Assembly (NCBI RefSeq): GCF_018350175.1
Contig: NC_058368.1
Location: 220,412,001-220,476,000 of the forward strand
DNA: 64,000 bases
Reading direction: 5' to 3'
Origin: Felis catus
Taxonomy: Eukaryota
The notes under the pieces are model-generated. The model was not told where the DNA came from. It worked only from the letters and a program-made list of their open reading frames with translations, and ran no database searches. The position numbers were made by a program, and so were the translations under genes. Of the stretch, positions 25,712 through 38,419 are shown piece after piece (positions within the stretch are counted from its first letter, which is position 1; every line of letters begins with the position of its first letter).

Positions 25712-25870
25712 GGGACGCCTGGGTGGCTCAGTCTGTTAAGTGTCTGACTTCAGCTCAGCCTGCTTTGGATTCTGTGTCTCCCTTTCTTTCTGCCCCTCAC
25801 CCATTTGCAGTCCCTCTCTCTCTCTCTCTCTCTCTCAAAAAATGAATAAACATTTTAAAAAAAAAAAATT
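25712..25870 (+). mobile_element. CAN-SINE with internal deletion
   Basis: Head joined directly to cctgctttggattctgtgtc; TSD core aagatgtattaa on both sides. Confidence 0.93.
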
Positions 25871-26389
25871 AAAAGATGTATTAAAGATGTATTGCCTACA
25901 TGCATGTATTTATTTCATTTTTCTAATTCTTCCCCCCAAAATTATACCACCTTTTTTATATCAATGTTCAATGTTTTTATTATGTTTTCTGAGTAAATAT
26001 TTGAATTTTAGACACAGGGAATGCTATGATTACATTGTTACTATTGATCTATTTTCTTCAATAAAGTTTATAATTGTTTCATTTCTTTCATTTGCTAATT
26101 TTATGTACTTATTATGAATCAACTTTAAAACATGGGTAGATATGAAAAATCTCATTGCTTTCAAAGACAATGTTTTAATGCTTTTCTTCTTCCTTCTCTC
26201 CTTATATTCCTCCCTCTTTTTCTTTCTTTTTTACTCCCCCTTGCGCTCTATCTCCTGGTGTCTTCCTTTGTCATTCTATACAGCTTTCTTCCTGAGCATT
26301 TTCATTGTCCATCTCTCCGAAAGTTCATTTGCCTCCACCTTTGCTGGATCACCTGTCCCCAGTGACAGTATTCCTTACCTTCCTCTTTC

Positions 26390-27658
26390 TTAATTTATTC
26401 CCTCAAGTGTATCAAACACCATCTCCAGTAACTTCCTGAGAATACTCACACTGGAGGTAGTTAACACTTTCCTATGACTGATGGCTTTACCACATTAGAA
26501 TTGTAAAGAATATTCTCTCAGAGTTGTATACAGGCTTCTTTTCTTTGACATTGTAAATTTCAGTTGTGCTCTTAAGAAGTTTGAAGCCAGTTAAATTTTC
26601 CTGCCTCGATAATTTCAAATTTCGCACTGATGTGTCTTGATATGAGGTTGTAAATTGTTTTTTTATCCTTTGTTTATTCAGGATAAGCTATTTATGTTTC
26701 AATTGCCATTTCATTTCAATATGGAATCGTTTGTGTTATTTAATTTTGGGAAGTTTTCTTATTTATTTTATTTATATTTCCTCTTTCTTTAATTGTATTG
26801 TGCAACTCATGAGGATGTTGCAGAATGCTAACATTGTTTAAGTTTATTCTCACCTTTAAAAGAATCTTTACTTTTCCCTAGGCCATTGAGAATTTCCCAA
26901 CTTACATCTTAGCATATTTTGTATGTCTCCTTTCTTATTTTAATTTTCAAAGAGATACTCGTTATCTAAATATTCTTTATTTTAATGCCCAATATGTTTT
27001 GTATTTTTCTATGACTCTAAGATTTCTATTTTGAAATTTCTTTTTCTCAAAGTATATCTGCTTTTTCTGTAAATTATTTCTTTTCCCTTTTATTTGCTTT
27101 GATATATGTCTTTCATTAAAGGCTTTCCTCTAATGTCTTTGGGAATTTTCATTGTTATGTCAGTAAGGATAAGTACATTGTATTGAAATAAAAAAATGTC
27201 TCCACATTCTTAGCAATAAGGTAAAGTTTAATTTAGGTCTCTTACTATCTGTTCATCAAAGTTGGCTTTGGGGATCTGCTCTATGTTATCATTATGTTCA
27301 CTCAGTGACCTGGCTGATGGGGTGGCAGTTATAGATCATGGCCAGTGACTATGACAGAAATAAGCTCTTAATGTTTCTGTCCAGAAAGAAAAAAATCTAC
27401 TCGACTCACAGTCTACTAACCAAAGCAGTCCTGCTCCATGCCTAAATTCAATCAGTAGGAAAATACAACCCTGCCTTGTACCAAGCAGGGAAAAAACTAA
27501 GAAGTTCATGAAAACATTAAACATTGCGTAGTTGTGCCTTCACGGTTAATAATGTAACACAAAGATGCTAATCGGGCATTATGAGAACCCAGCAGGATCG
27601 TTTTCTTTTTTATTTATTTATTTTATTTTAGAAAGAGAGAGCGTGCAAGCAGGAGAAG

Positions 27659-27703
<45 letters not shown>

Positions 27704-28270
27704 CTCAAGCAGGCTCCAAGCTCAGCAAGGAACCTGATGCAGCTCGATCCCATGACCCTGGGAAATCAAGAATCTGGCACTCAACCAACTAAGCCATCCA
27801 GGTGCCCTGGATTTACCTTTTTAACAGAGAGGCCCAAATGCCATTTTCTGGAGTTATTTCCCATTGGCCAATAAAATTTTACAGAAAAATATCTTCCAAT
27901 CTCTTGCCTTGGGAAATGTAGCTAGGGCATAGAGCTATTTGCAGACATCCTGGGAACTAGACTAGGGCAAACTGCATTCATTTCTATGTGTAGATCCCGT
28001 TTTCACGACGGCACCACACCATCGGTTTCAGTGTATCTGTTGCGGGTAAGCCCAGAACATATCTGAATCAACAACTCCATATGATTAAAGTTTTGATTGT
28101 GTTGAGTCTATAACCAACAGAACCTGTAACTTTTCATCTACTGCTTGCAGCTTTGATGTTGAGGCAGGAAAGAGCACCTGCCTTCTAAAGGCAGCTTCTA
28201 AACTCCTCCTTTAAAATCCTTCAAGCAATCTTATTTTGCAGTTTAGATAAGTACCCTTTCTATGAAACCC
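26390..28270 (-). mobile_element. Ancient L1/HAL1-like ORF1 and 5' region, highly degraded
   Basis: T-rich antisense ORF1-like text (ctccagtaacttcctgagaa, gctcttaagaagtttgaagccagt); family assigned from memory. Confidence 0.45.
27600..27808 (-). mobile_element. CAN-SINE
   Basis: Reverse head aactaagccatccaggtgccc, long (GA)n, T tail. Confidence 0.94.
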
Positions 28271-28289
28271 ACTAGCATTTCTGTTTTCA

Positions 28290-28530
28290 GCATTTTCTTC
28301 TTCTTCTTTTTTTTTTTTTTATTTTCAATGTTTTATTCATTCTTGAGAGAGAGAGAGACAACATGTGAGCAGGGGAGGGGCAGAAAGAGAGGGAGACACA
28401 GAATCGGAAGCAGGCTCCAGGCTGTGAGCCGTCAGCACAGAGCCCGACACAGGGCTCAAACCCATCAAGTGTGAGATCATGACCTAAGCCAAAGTTGGAC
28501 ACTTAACCGACTGAGCCACCCAGGCTCCCC
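28290..28530 (-). mobile_element. CAN-SINE (feliform type)
   Basis: gacacagaatcggaagcaggctccaggct...gactgagccacccagg; T/(CTT)n tail. Confidence 0.96.
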
Positions 28531-28579
28531 TCCTCCTCTTCTTATTTACATACGATTACATGTTTTCATAGTTAATTTT

Positions 28580-28931
28580 TGTGTTAGTTTGCTCAGGCTG
28601 TATTAACAAAGTACCATAGACCAGATGGACTAAACAACAGAAATTTATTTCTCACAGGTTGGAGGCTGTGAAGTCCAATGTCAAAGAGCTGGCTGACCTA
28701 GTTCCTGTTGCAGATGGCTGCCTTCTTGCTGTGTCCACACATGGAAGAGAGAGAGAAAGTTCTCTGGTGTCTCTTCTAATGAGAGCACTAACCCTATCAT
28801 GAGGTCCCCACTCTCATGATCTCATCTAACTTAATTAACTTCCCAAAGCCACACCTCAAAATGTGGTTACCTTGGAAATTAAGTCTTCAGTATATTAATT
28901 TTTAAGGGACACAAACATTCAGTCTATATCA
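28580..28931 (-). mobile_element. MaLR LTR (MLT1A-like)
   Basis: tgtgttagtttgctcaggctg...aacaaagtaccatagacc...gggacacaaacattcagtctatatca. Confidence 0.88.
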
Positions 28932-29046
28932 TGTGTCAACCTGATTAGGCCACAGGGTGCCCAGGTATTTGGGAAACATCCTCTGTGAAGGTGTTTCTAG
29001 ATGAAATTAAAATTTGAATTAGACTGAGTAAAGAAAATTGCCCTCA

Positions 29047-29239
29047 GGGGGTGCCTGGGGGGGCTTCTGACTCTGGATTTTGGCTCAGGTCATGATCTTG
29101 GGATTTATGGAATCAAGCCCCACATGAGGCTCCATGCTGACAGCACAGAGCCTGCTTGGCGTTCTCTCTCTCCTTCTCTCTCTACCCCTCCTCAGCTGGC
29201 ATGCTCTCTCTCTGTCAAAATAAATAAATAAATTTAAAA

Positions 29240-29274
<35 letters not shown>
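29047..29274 (+). mobile_element. CAN-SINE with (GAAA)n tail
   Basis: Exact TSD aaagaaaattgccctca on both sides. Confidence 0.96.
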
Positions 29275-29279
<5 letters not shown>

Positions 29280-30444
29280 AAATTGCCCTCAATAATGGGG
29301 GAAGAGCTCATCCAATCATTTGAAGCCTAAATAGAACAAAAAGGATGGCTCTGCAATAAGAGGAAACTCCTCCTATCCGACTGCATGATCTGGACATTGA
29401 TCTTTTCTGGCCTTTGGACTTAAACTGAAACATCAGCTCTTAGGTCTAGAGCCTGCTGCCTTTCAGACCAGCATGCATATCACTAGCTCTCCAAGGTCTC
29501 TAGCTTGCAGACAGCAGATCTTAGGACTTCTTGGCCTCTATAACTGCATAAGTTGATTCATTATAATAAATCTTTTTCTATATCCTCCTGGTTCTGTTGC
29601 TTTAGAGATCTCTGAGTCATATACAGAGATATAATTCTTACCTTGGTTTATCCACTTAGATTTGGGGGGAAATCCAAAATTTGGAAGTGTTTATTTTAGA
29701 CTACACATAGTAGATAGACTAAAACGACATAATGTCAGGTTGTTAGAGGATGATTAAATGACCTTGTGACAGCAGGAATACCAAATGAAGCCATTTAATG
29801 CTCTAATTAAAACATTAATATAATTTTATTGCCTTGAATGATTTAATATTGCATCTTAAAATATATAGTCCCTATGGGCATGTGCTGCTGATATGCTTAA
29901 AATGCTGAATATGCAGTAATGCAAAATGTTACAATTTGCTGAGAGTAGTTTAGATGGTACGTCTGGAAATCTCCAGTAAGGGTGGGACAATAATTAGTGA
30001 TATATGTACTCTTGGAGTAATTTTAAAAACTTGATTTCAAATGTAAATGTTAACACAATTCCATCATCTATTCAAATACGAAATCAAGATAATCAAGGTA
30101 TATATAAATCTAAATAACATAGAGAGTTAGTTTAGGGAGTGATTGATCTTGAAGAATACCCAGTAAGCAGCCTGAAAGATATACGACGCATGTAAGTCAA
30201 TTTGTTAATCAGCAGCTTATATGGAAAATGTAATTATTTTTATAAGTCATATTTTGATTTTGTAAATTTTTACAAATACATGGGTTTAATCAAAATGTAC
30301 TTGGCATTGTCTGCTGTGTTTCTAAGCAAGATAACATTTCAAATATATATGCAGTATACAATTCAGCATGAATTTCCCTGATATGTTGAAAGCTTGATTA
30401 GTGTGCAGGTTCGACAGCAACTTTCTCTAACCTGCAAATCACCT

Positions 30445-30783
30445 TTTTATACTGTTTTGTGATGGTCAGCCTGGGACTCTCCATATCGTGTTTGTCCTAT
30501 GTCAACTGACTCAACCAAAGGTTCTTCCAATAGGAGGCAATACTAGGAACAGAGGGCTCTTTGCTGCCTATTTCTTTCAGCATTACCCAAGCTAATGTTC
30601 TTTACCCTGACAGTGGCAGCTGTGTTCAGTACTTGTTCATTCCAATTTCCTCTTTCCCCTGCCATCTCACAGAACCGATCTCATTTCCCTATATTTGAAG
30701 ATGCTAGAACAGGCTGCCCTGGGCTGAGGGGGAGCCTCGTAAGAGGTCTGAGTGCCAGCTACCCTGGACTTTTAATGACACCA

Positions 30784-30814
<31 letters not shown>

Positions 30815-31020
30815 CTTCTTCTTCTTCTCCTCCTCCTTCTTCTTCTTCTCTCTCTCTCTTTCTCTCTCTTTCTGCACATGTAGGAATCCTGGCTGCTTCT
30901 AAATCTGTGGTAACTCCTGGTTCCTTTTTTTTTTTTGCCTTTTCATTCCTCCCGTGCATGTTTAAACACTCCTTTATAGAAAATCCCATCTAAATAACTG
31001 GAATTATTTCTATTTTCAAG
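30445..31020 (+). mobile_element. Old ERVL LTR (LTR33/41/50-like) containing a (CTT)n expansion
   Basis: ggttcttccaataggaggcaatactagg and 3' aaaatcccatctaaataactggaattatttct resemble this LTR group (from memory). Confidence 0.4.
30786..30871. repeat. (CTT)n/(CCT)n/(CT)n microsatellite
   Basis: Directly visible. Confidence 0.97.
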
Positions 31021-32032
31021 GAGGTTAATATGGATGTAAGCAGTCAGACGAGGCTTAATAAAGACATTAAAAATTCAGTGCCCTTTGAAAAGTGATTAGG
31101 GTTTGGGTGTCAGAGAAGAGGAGGGGGTGACAAGGGCCAGAAATAGCAGTCACCATGAATAGAGCATTTGGTGTTGAGAAACAATGAGAAAAACAAATTA
31201 GAAGAGAAGATATATATTAGAAACTAAATTGGACAGCCGTGACAAATGAAAAGTTTGTTGAGAACTCCTTTTATGGGACATAAATGGTTTTACAATAAAA
31301 CAAATAAACCAAGTGACATGTATTACATAGATATGGAAGGCCCTGAAAGCTAATGGGATGCCTTTTAAGTGCTATAATATATTGCTATTATAAATTGATA
31401 GGCCAACAGCAAGATTTGTATAAATAGGAAAAAAAAACACTTTATTTCTGAATTTTGTCATAAATATGGCTGTGGTTAGTACAAAAAAAGTCTGAATATA
31501 GAGTATTTGAGGCTGAAATATTATCTATTGAGATTGTGAGAAACCCAACTGTCAAAAGTGGCTTTATTACTTTAGCCTGATATTGGAATCGCGGTACTAT
31601 TCACAGAAATGAGGTATTAAGTTGAAAAGTGATTCCAAGAGGACAGGAAATGGGAGGAATGAGGAGGTTAGGATTTGAATTTACACCGTGTTGCATTAGC
31701 AGGCTCTTTAAAAGGAATGTGATCCAAGTGGGGAGAAATAATCCTCTTTTATTATAGGAGAGAGAGAAACAGACCTGCACGGATACTAAAATGGAAGGTG
31801 TTTATACAATGCTAGTGCAGTACTATGGACAGCACTTTGAGACGAACCATGTTCTAGAGAAACTGAGGAATACAAATTAACATGAAGAAAGTATAAAACA
31901 TCACAGCAAAACAATGCTTTTGTGGGATACCATTTACATACATGTAAATCCCTTTCTGTTTTATTGAGGTATCTCAACTTACGTGAGTATATATTGGTTT
32001 TATATTTCTGAGATTACTAATTTTAACTGTGT

Positions 32033-32035
32033 TCC

Positions 32036-32077
<42 letters not shown>

Positions 32078-32078
32078 C
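32033..32078. repeat. (CT)n microsatellite
   Basis: Directly visible. Confidence 0.95.
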
Positions 32079-33873
32079 ACTGCTGGCAGCTCACACTGAT
32101 AAGGTGGGGGTTTGTGTATTTTGCTAGAGGTCACTCGAGAGCAGTCCTAACCTGTTGGCCCTCCTCCAGCTCCCTGGCTCCTTCACATGTGGACATCAGA
32201 GAAGCCGGGCCTCTTTTGTGCAGAGAATGGCTGAGAGGTTTGGGTGTGTGGGTTTAGTCCCATTTTTCCTCTCAGGTGCTTATGCACCATGATAACATAT
32301 ATCTCTCCTTCTTAAACCTGCAGACAAGTAATTAGGCACTGGTGTCTTTAATTTAATATATGTCCACAACTCCAGGGACCACATGTCAAGGTCCTTTTAG
32401 AAGGCTCATACCATTGTTTCTCCTCACTCAATGCCCTTGCTAGAGAGGGCATGGAGATTCTGAAACACCAGTGGGCTTGGGCCAGTGAGAAATGTGCCAG
32501 ACTCTGCTTCACACAGGATGGTTGCCCATGTTTGCAAATGATTCTCCTCAACAGTCTGTCCTTATTGTGTCATGTGCAATAGTCCACATTGAATCCCTTG
32601 TATCATAAGACTAAATAGTTACAAGTTTCAAATTAAGAAAAATGGCTGTAAAATATATTATGTTCTCTTCTCCTACTGTGATAAATATGCCTTCATAAAG
32701 ACAAAATAGAATGCTATGTGTAAAGCAACAGACTATATCACATGTTCCCTTAGCCTTTTTTCCAATTGCTTGGGAAAATCTTTGGGATAAACACTTATGG
32801 CCTTTTACTCTATGGTGGCCTCTTTCCATTTCTTCCTAAGGCCTGACTGTTTTTCCACTTATTATCCTTCTTCCATCCCCACTATTTAGGACATCCAACA
32901 TCAAAAACAATCCAAAGATAGGCCATCTCAAAGGCTCTCTTGACTTCAAGTCACAAGCCAGGCAAAATCTATCACGTGCCCTACAGGAAGCCTCCCTTCC
33001 TACTTTTGGGTTTTGGTAGGAATCTAGGACTATAAGGCCAAGTTTGAACTTCGAATGTTCCTGCTCCTAGGAGATGGAACATGGCAAGGAGGAGAGAGCC
33101 CCATCTATACCAAGCAGTGGCCCATCCTCCTCTGTCACACCCATGCTACTTTCAGCACTTGGAGGGTTCTCTTGGAGAGCACTTAGAGTATTAGAAAACA
33201 GCTGTGTGGGCACAAGCCCTCCCAAATAGACAAGCTTTGGACACCCAACATACTTCAGGTTGTGCACCTGGTTCCCTTGGGAAATCTGTTTCTGCTAAGT
33301 AAACTGTAATACAGGTTTGAGGACTCCGTGCTGAAAACTGATTTTAGCTTCTTCAAATATGATCAAAAAGGGGTCTTTGAGTGGTTGAAAAATATTAAAA
33401 CAAAATCTCCTCCGAATCCAGAAATATCTCACAAAGGTAGAAGACATAGAAAACAGCTTTAAAACTGAATAATCACTAAACTGAAATGTGATATGCATCC
33501 CAGGCAATCCACTAAGAGATTGCAAAGGCATGTTCTCAAGATCAACATAACTGGTTGAAATTTGAAAATATCATTTGTCATTTACAGTTTATCCTAAGAT
33601 CACTTGGTAGTGGTGACCATCTGGGTTAGCTAATTAGCTTTTGCAAAAGTAGAAACAAACTTTTCATCATCTTTTGACAAGGGGTAGTTTTGCAACTTGG
33701 AGCAAGGTGACCACAGAAGTCAGGCTCCTACCCTCTCACAGAAACCAGGAGAAAGGGGTGCTGTATTTCTTGATGACTGTATTTCAGACAGTGGGTCCCA
33801 GGTCCTTGAGAAAGACATCCCTTGGTCCTAAAGCTGGGAAGAGGCTTATTTAGCTTTTAAAAAGATTTACACA

Positions 33874-33997
33874 GGGGTGCCTGGGTGGCTCAGTCCGTTA
33901 AGCCTCCAGCTCTTAATTTCAGCTCAGGTCATAATCTCACAGTTCTTGAGATCAATCTCCACGTTAGACTCCATGCCAACAGTGCAGATCTTGCTTG

Positions 33998-34044
<47 letters not shown>

Positions 34045-34087
34045 ATAAGTAAATAAATAAATAAATAAATAATAAATACTTTAAAAG
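33874..34087 (+). mobile_element. CAN-SINE
   Basis: Head, (CT)n, (TAAA)n tail; TSD aaagatttacaca / aaatatttacaca. Confidence 0.96.
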
Positions 34088-34109
34088 AAATATTTACACA
34101 TATTTCAAA

Positions 34110-34305
34110 ATGTTTTGATATTTATTTTTGAGAGAGAGAACAAGTGGGGAAGGAGCAGAGAGAGAGGGAGACACAGAATCCAAGGGAAGTTCCAGGCTCT
34201 GAGCTGTCAGCACAGAGCCCAACGTGGGGCTCAAACTCAAAAACCGTGAGATCATGACCTGAGCCAGAGTCTGACATTCAACTGACTGAGCCACCCAGGG
34301 ACCTC
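34110..34305 (-). mobile_element. CAN-SINE (feliform type)
   Basis: Reverse head; exact duplication tacacatatttcaaa at 34095 and 34306. Confidence 0.96.
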
Positions 34306-34495
34306 TACACATATTTCAAAGATACAGACTGAGAACTTAGAGGTTTTGTAAAGTAAATGCTCCAAGAAAAGGAATGGGTGTCTCCTCTCTTATTTTCAAC
34401 TAGGAGAATTTATCTTTTCTTTTTCAGTTTGTATTTACCTTTCCACAGGCCTCAAGATTTACATGGAGATATTCCCTAGGCACAGACTCCAGGAT

Positions 34496-34497
<2 letters not shown>

Positions 34498-34533
<36 letters not shown>
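34498..34533. repeat. (GT)n microsatellite
   Basis: Directly visible. Confidence 0.97.
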
Positions 34534-34534
<1 letters not shown>

Positions 34535-37016
34535 TGCATGTGTAGGTGTTTTAGGCACTGGGGTGGAGTTGCCAAGTTGTCTCAGAGGAGGCCAGAGCAG
34601 ACTCTCTAAAAATGCATGGCCTCCCGTACAGGTGGAACCCCTGTTATAGTTTAGGGACAGTACTGCCTTTAAGACTTTCTTTTTTACTTCCTCAACCCCT
34701 GTCCCTTATGAAGAGGGGAAGGAGCTGTCAGCAGCTCTCTTGAGAATGTGTGGTACCTAGATCCTGTATTCTCAGTTTGATTTGGCCATGAGCCACAACC
34801 CAAGAAGGCAGGTCTCATCCCAAATTCAGTATCATGTCCATTGAAGATAAACTGGAGGATTATCTTCATCCAGACATGACCCTGTTCACTTGTGAATACT
34901 TGGTTTGTATATGATCAGTTTCCCTTTTAGCTACTTTTATGTCTTAAGAATTGACTAATATTGTCAATGAATGAAAATGAAGATTGAAAGGCCTTCTAGA
35001 CTGGCAAAGTTTTTAACTGAATTAAGAACAATTGGGAGTTGATGGCTGATAAATTGACAAGTATGTATGTATGTGTGTATGTATTTAGTGATTTAACCTA
35101 TTGAAAACCTATGCTTGTGATCAGCAGTCCTTGATGAACAGGACTAAGGAGGGCTAAATTAAGCGTAGAGAAGAAAATGAGAACAATTCAGCATATGATA
35201 GTGTAGACTCTTAGGTCAGTGGAAGGGAGGATCTGTAGGGACAGATGAAAGGGTGAGAGAGATGGAATGTGTTTGGTAAGAGGGGATAAGGAGAAATTTC
35301 TGGGAATAGATGAAGTCACCCAAGACAATTTTACTGGTGTTTCTTATTTGACAGTTTTGTTTTTTTTTTTTTTATTGCTCAAGAAATACCCTTGTAATGA
35401 ACAATTCCACCCTTGCCCTTTTCTCAGCCCCAGGTACTTTAAAGATAATCTAGTGCTCCTTAGTATACTTGGTGTCAGAAATGTTCCTTTAGGATTTGTT
35501 TTTACATTAATCTTCTTAAGAATTCATTCTTTAAAGAGTCAGGCTTTATTTTTCCTGCTGCTATTTCTTTTAAACTGGTCTCTTCTTTAGGAGAAAAGCT
35601 GAAAATTCACAGCATTGATTTGTGTTATGGAAAAAAAAATGTATGTAAAAATGGAAGTCACTTGTAAATATTACAAGTAGGTTATTGCTATTTCTAAAAC
35701 AATGAAGTATTTAATATGTATTTTATTACTAAAATATCAGTAATAGAAACATATTTGTTTTAATATATTTCATGTATATGTGTATACATGTTAAAGACCA
35801 GTTTTTAGTGTATTTCAGGCTATTTTGTTTTACAACAAATCAAATATTTTATTTCCCATTCTGAAATCAAGATCTTTAAGTGACTTATATTGGTCAGAAC
35901 ATCTTCAGGATTCATGATAAAAGAATTTTTGAGGAATTTTCTTTACATATGTACATTAAATCTATAATTATTCTTCAATTATATATTGCCTCCATCCTTA
36001 CCAACCAAGCCACTTTGGGTACAAGAGCCCTCTAAGCCAAGACGAAATTGGTCCTCCGGGCCTCCTGATTATCAATTTTTCAATGATGTTCCTTCAAATT
36101 CCTGATCAAAGTTTCAACTTTTTAGCTTTTTAGTTGGTAATAGATCAGTATAGAGCAATATATCAGGCTATGTCTCCTAATTAGGTGGACACTTACTTGT
36201 GTCATGTGAACTTGTGAACACTGGGGACTATTTTCCTTCAGTGCTTTCTTTCTGGGTCACCCCTCAGTTAGGATGAAGTACAGAAGTATCCTGTTTCTAG
36301 GCAGTGCTTATTTACCATGCAGGTACAGGCAGGGAGGTGTCAAGATGAACAGGAAGATGACTTTTTCTCACCTCTCTTCACGAGTCATAGGAAACTCCCC
36401 CCATGAAACCACAGAGGTGAGACAGGGGAGAGGGGAAGCGGTAAGAAAGAATAGAATGGCTGAATTGGCTACCCGCTCAAGCAATTGCACTTTTAGTTTC
36501 TAGGCCTTTTCATGTTGGTCTATTACCTGGTCAGCTGGATTTTATTCTTTGTTAGAGCAGGCCAATTTGGGTTGTGAATGTTGTTGTAGGGTGTGTTTCT
36601 TTGTGCTGTAACAGAGACCTTCCTACACCTCACCTAAATACCTGTAGTACTAGGTTGAATCTCTTCCTGTGGTCAGACTGGAAATCTAACAGCCTCAGTC
36701 TGCTCTGTTTTCACTATTCAGCTCTCAAGGTCATTGGTGATTTCTGCTGGGCTTCAAAGTCTTGTCTGTGCCTGCTGATCCCAAAGTCAGGGAGCTGAGA
36801 TGACTGTTTATGCAAACTTCTGGAACAACCTCTTTTCTCCCTCAGCTCCCTGTGAAATTCCATCTTTTAAGTTACTTTGCCCTGCAAATTACACCCCCCC
36901 TTCAGTAGCCAGTAACTGGGATCTCTGCCTCCTCAACGAAGTGCTAAGACTACAGCATTGCCTAGGATCCTCCAAATATCAGGTAATCCTTCCTGTGCTG
37001 TGTGTTGCTGAAAGCT

Positions 37017-37520
37017 TGTGACCAAAAGGGCCTTAAAATTCCCCTCAGCTGACTAAACTTTAGATAGGATTCTTCCTGACTCCAGGCTCCTGTCCTTTGC
37101 TATGGAAATACTTTCTAAAGGGCTCTTGTAGTTTTGCAAAAGCCCAGGAATCCTTCTCAAGGACCTAGGAACCATTTCTTTGAAATGTCATCATCAAGGA
37201 AGATAGATCCCTTATTTCCCTGTCTCACTAGGAGGGTAGGAACCTAATTTCTGGGGGAAAAAGTGGGACACCTGGCTCCAAGTAGTAAAACTACCTCCTG
37301 GCACAAGATAGAGAAAGTTTATCTTCCCTTTGGGTAAAGCCAATTAGTGAGCACAGATGGCCTGAAATCTCCCCCTGCCCTCAGCTCTTAAAAACCCTAT
37401 GGCCTTTTGTCAGTAGAGTTGCGCTCAGATTCTTTTCTAACATTTCTCTCTTACTGCAATATTTTTGCATAATAAAGTCTTCCTTGCTTGCTTCTGTCCA
37501 GTGTAATATTTGCTTTGACA
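37017..37520 (+). mobile_element. ERV1 solo LTR (MER34A-like)
   Basis: tgtgaccaaaagggccttaaaattcccctcagctgactaaactttaga ... aataaagtcttccttgc ... gctttgaca; TG/CA termini. Confidence 0.88.
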
Positions 37521-37679
37521 TTTAAAAAAAAAAAAAAACGCATGTTTATGTTGTTTTCTTTGGGAGGGATTATTCTACCATGCTTGAAGTGAAAATCTAG
37601 AAAGAACCTCTGAGGGTTTTGCTCATCAGGAGGCAATAAAATTTTGATTGATAGCTAAAGGATGTAAGTTCCAGGAAGG

Positions 37680-38400
37680 TGCTTTTATTTTAAGCTGGAT
37701 ATATAGATATTACCACACCTTTGAGTGGTTATGGAAATGATGCATAAAAGAAAAAAAATGATCAGTCAAGAGAAAGATAATTGCAGGCTCAAAGGCTTTG
37801 AGTAAAAAAGAAGGGTTGAGTTCCATATGAAATTAGAAATCTGGGTCTTTGAGACCAGATGTGTAAGTTCACACGGCATATTGGTACAGGTGCAGGTATA
37901 TTGGTAGAAAGCTGATGAGGTTCCCTCCAAGTATATGTTTATTTTTTCAGTAAATAGAAGGAAAAGTCTCTTTCTGGGAGCAGAGATGAAGTTGTTGGTA
38001 TTGGAGAGCTGAAGAGATCTCAGACATGAGATACACTGCGAGTTGGGCTTAAGCAGGTGTAGATTATGACTATGTAAGAGTAATAAAAACACAAAGATTA
38101 ATAAATCTATTAATAAATATATCATTAAGACATTAATAAGTATATATCAATAAATTAATTCATTAACGGTAAATTAATAAATTTATATTCAGGGAAGATC
38201 ATAGGAAGTCAGATGGTGGCAAAAAATAAGAGGGGTAGAGGTGATATAGTCCGATTGCATGTAAATCAAAGGAAGAATAAAAGATAAATCATTTGGAAAG
38301 ATAAGTAAAGAGAATCTGCCAGTGGAGATGAGCAAGTAGTGTAACATGTCTAGCTGTAGACCTGGAATTATGTGTGGCACAGGAGGAAGTATGCGGAAAA
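37680..38400 (-). mobile_element. L2 LINE fragments
   Basis: Purine-rich antisense L2-like text (tttgagaccagatgtgtaagtt..., aaagctgatgaggttccctcc, ttttcagtaaatagaagg); boundaries approximate. Confidence 0.5.
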
Positions 38401-38419
38401 ATAAATATAGCAAACCAAT

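Larger units (their letters stand above)
28565..29625 (+). mobile_element. MLT2 (ERVL) LTR, interrupted by MLT1A and a SINE
   Basis: atagttaatttt | atgtgtcaacctgattaggccacagggtgccc...ctcatccaatcatttgaagcctaaatagaacaaaaagg...ataataaatc...ctggttctgttgctttagag. Confidence 0.85.
33383..34446 (-). mobile_element. ERV1 solo LTR (MER34/MER39 group) carrying two SINE insertions
   Basis: Minus strand starts tgtggaaaggtaaatacaaactg; shares ctcaaggacct...gaaat..catcaag and gggtagg.agcct motifs with the LTR at 37017. Confidence 0.8.

Noticed and set aside
30200..30215. Exact 16-mer atttgttaatcagcag repeated at 51856
   Set aside because: About one such match is expected by chance in 64 kb of AT-rich DNA, and the flanks do not extend
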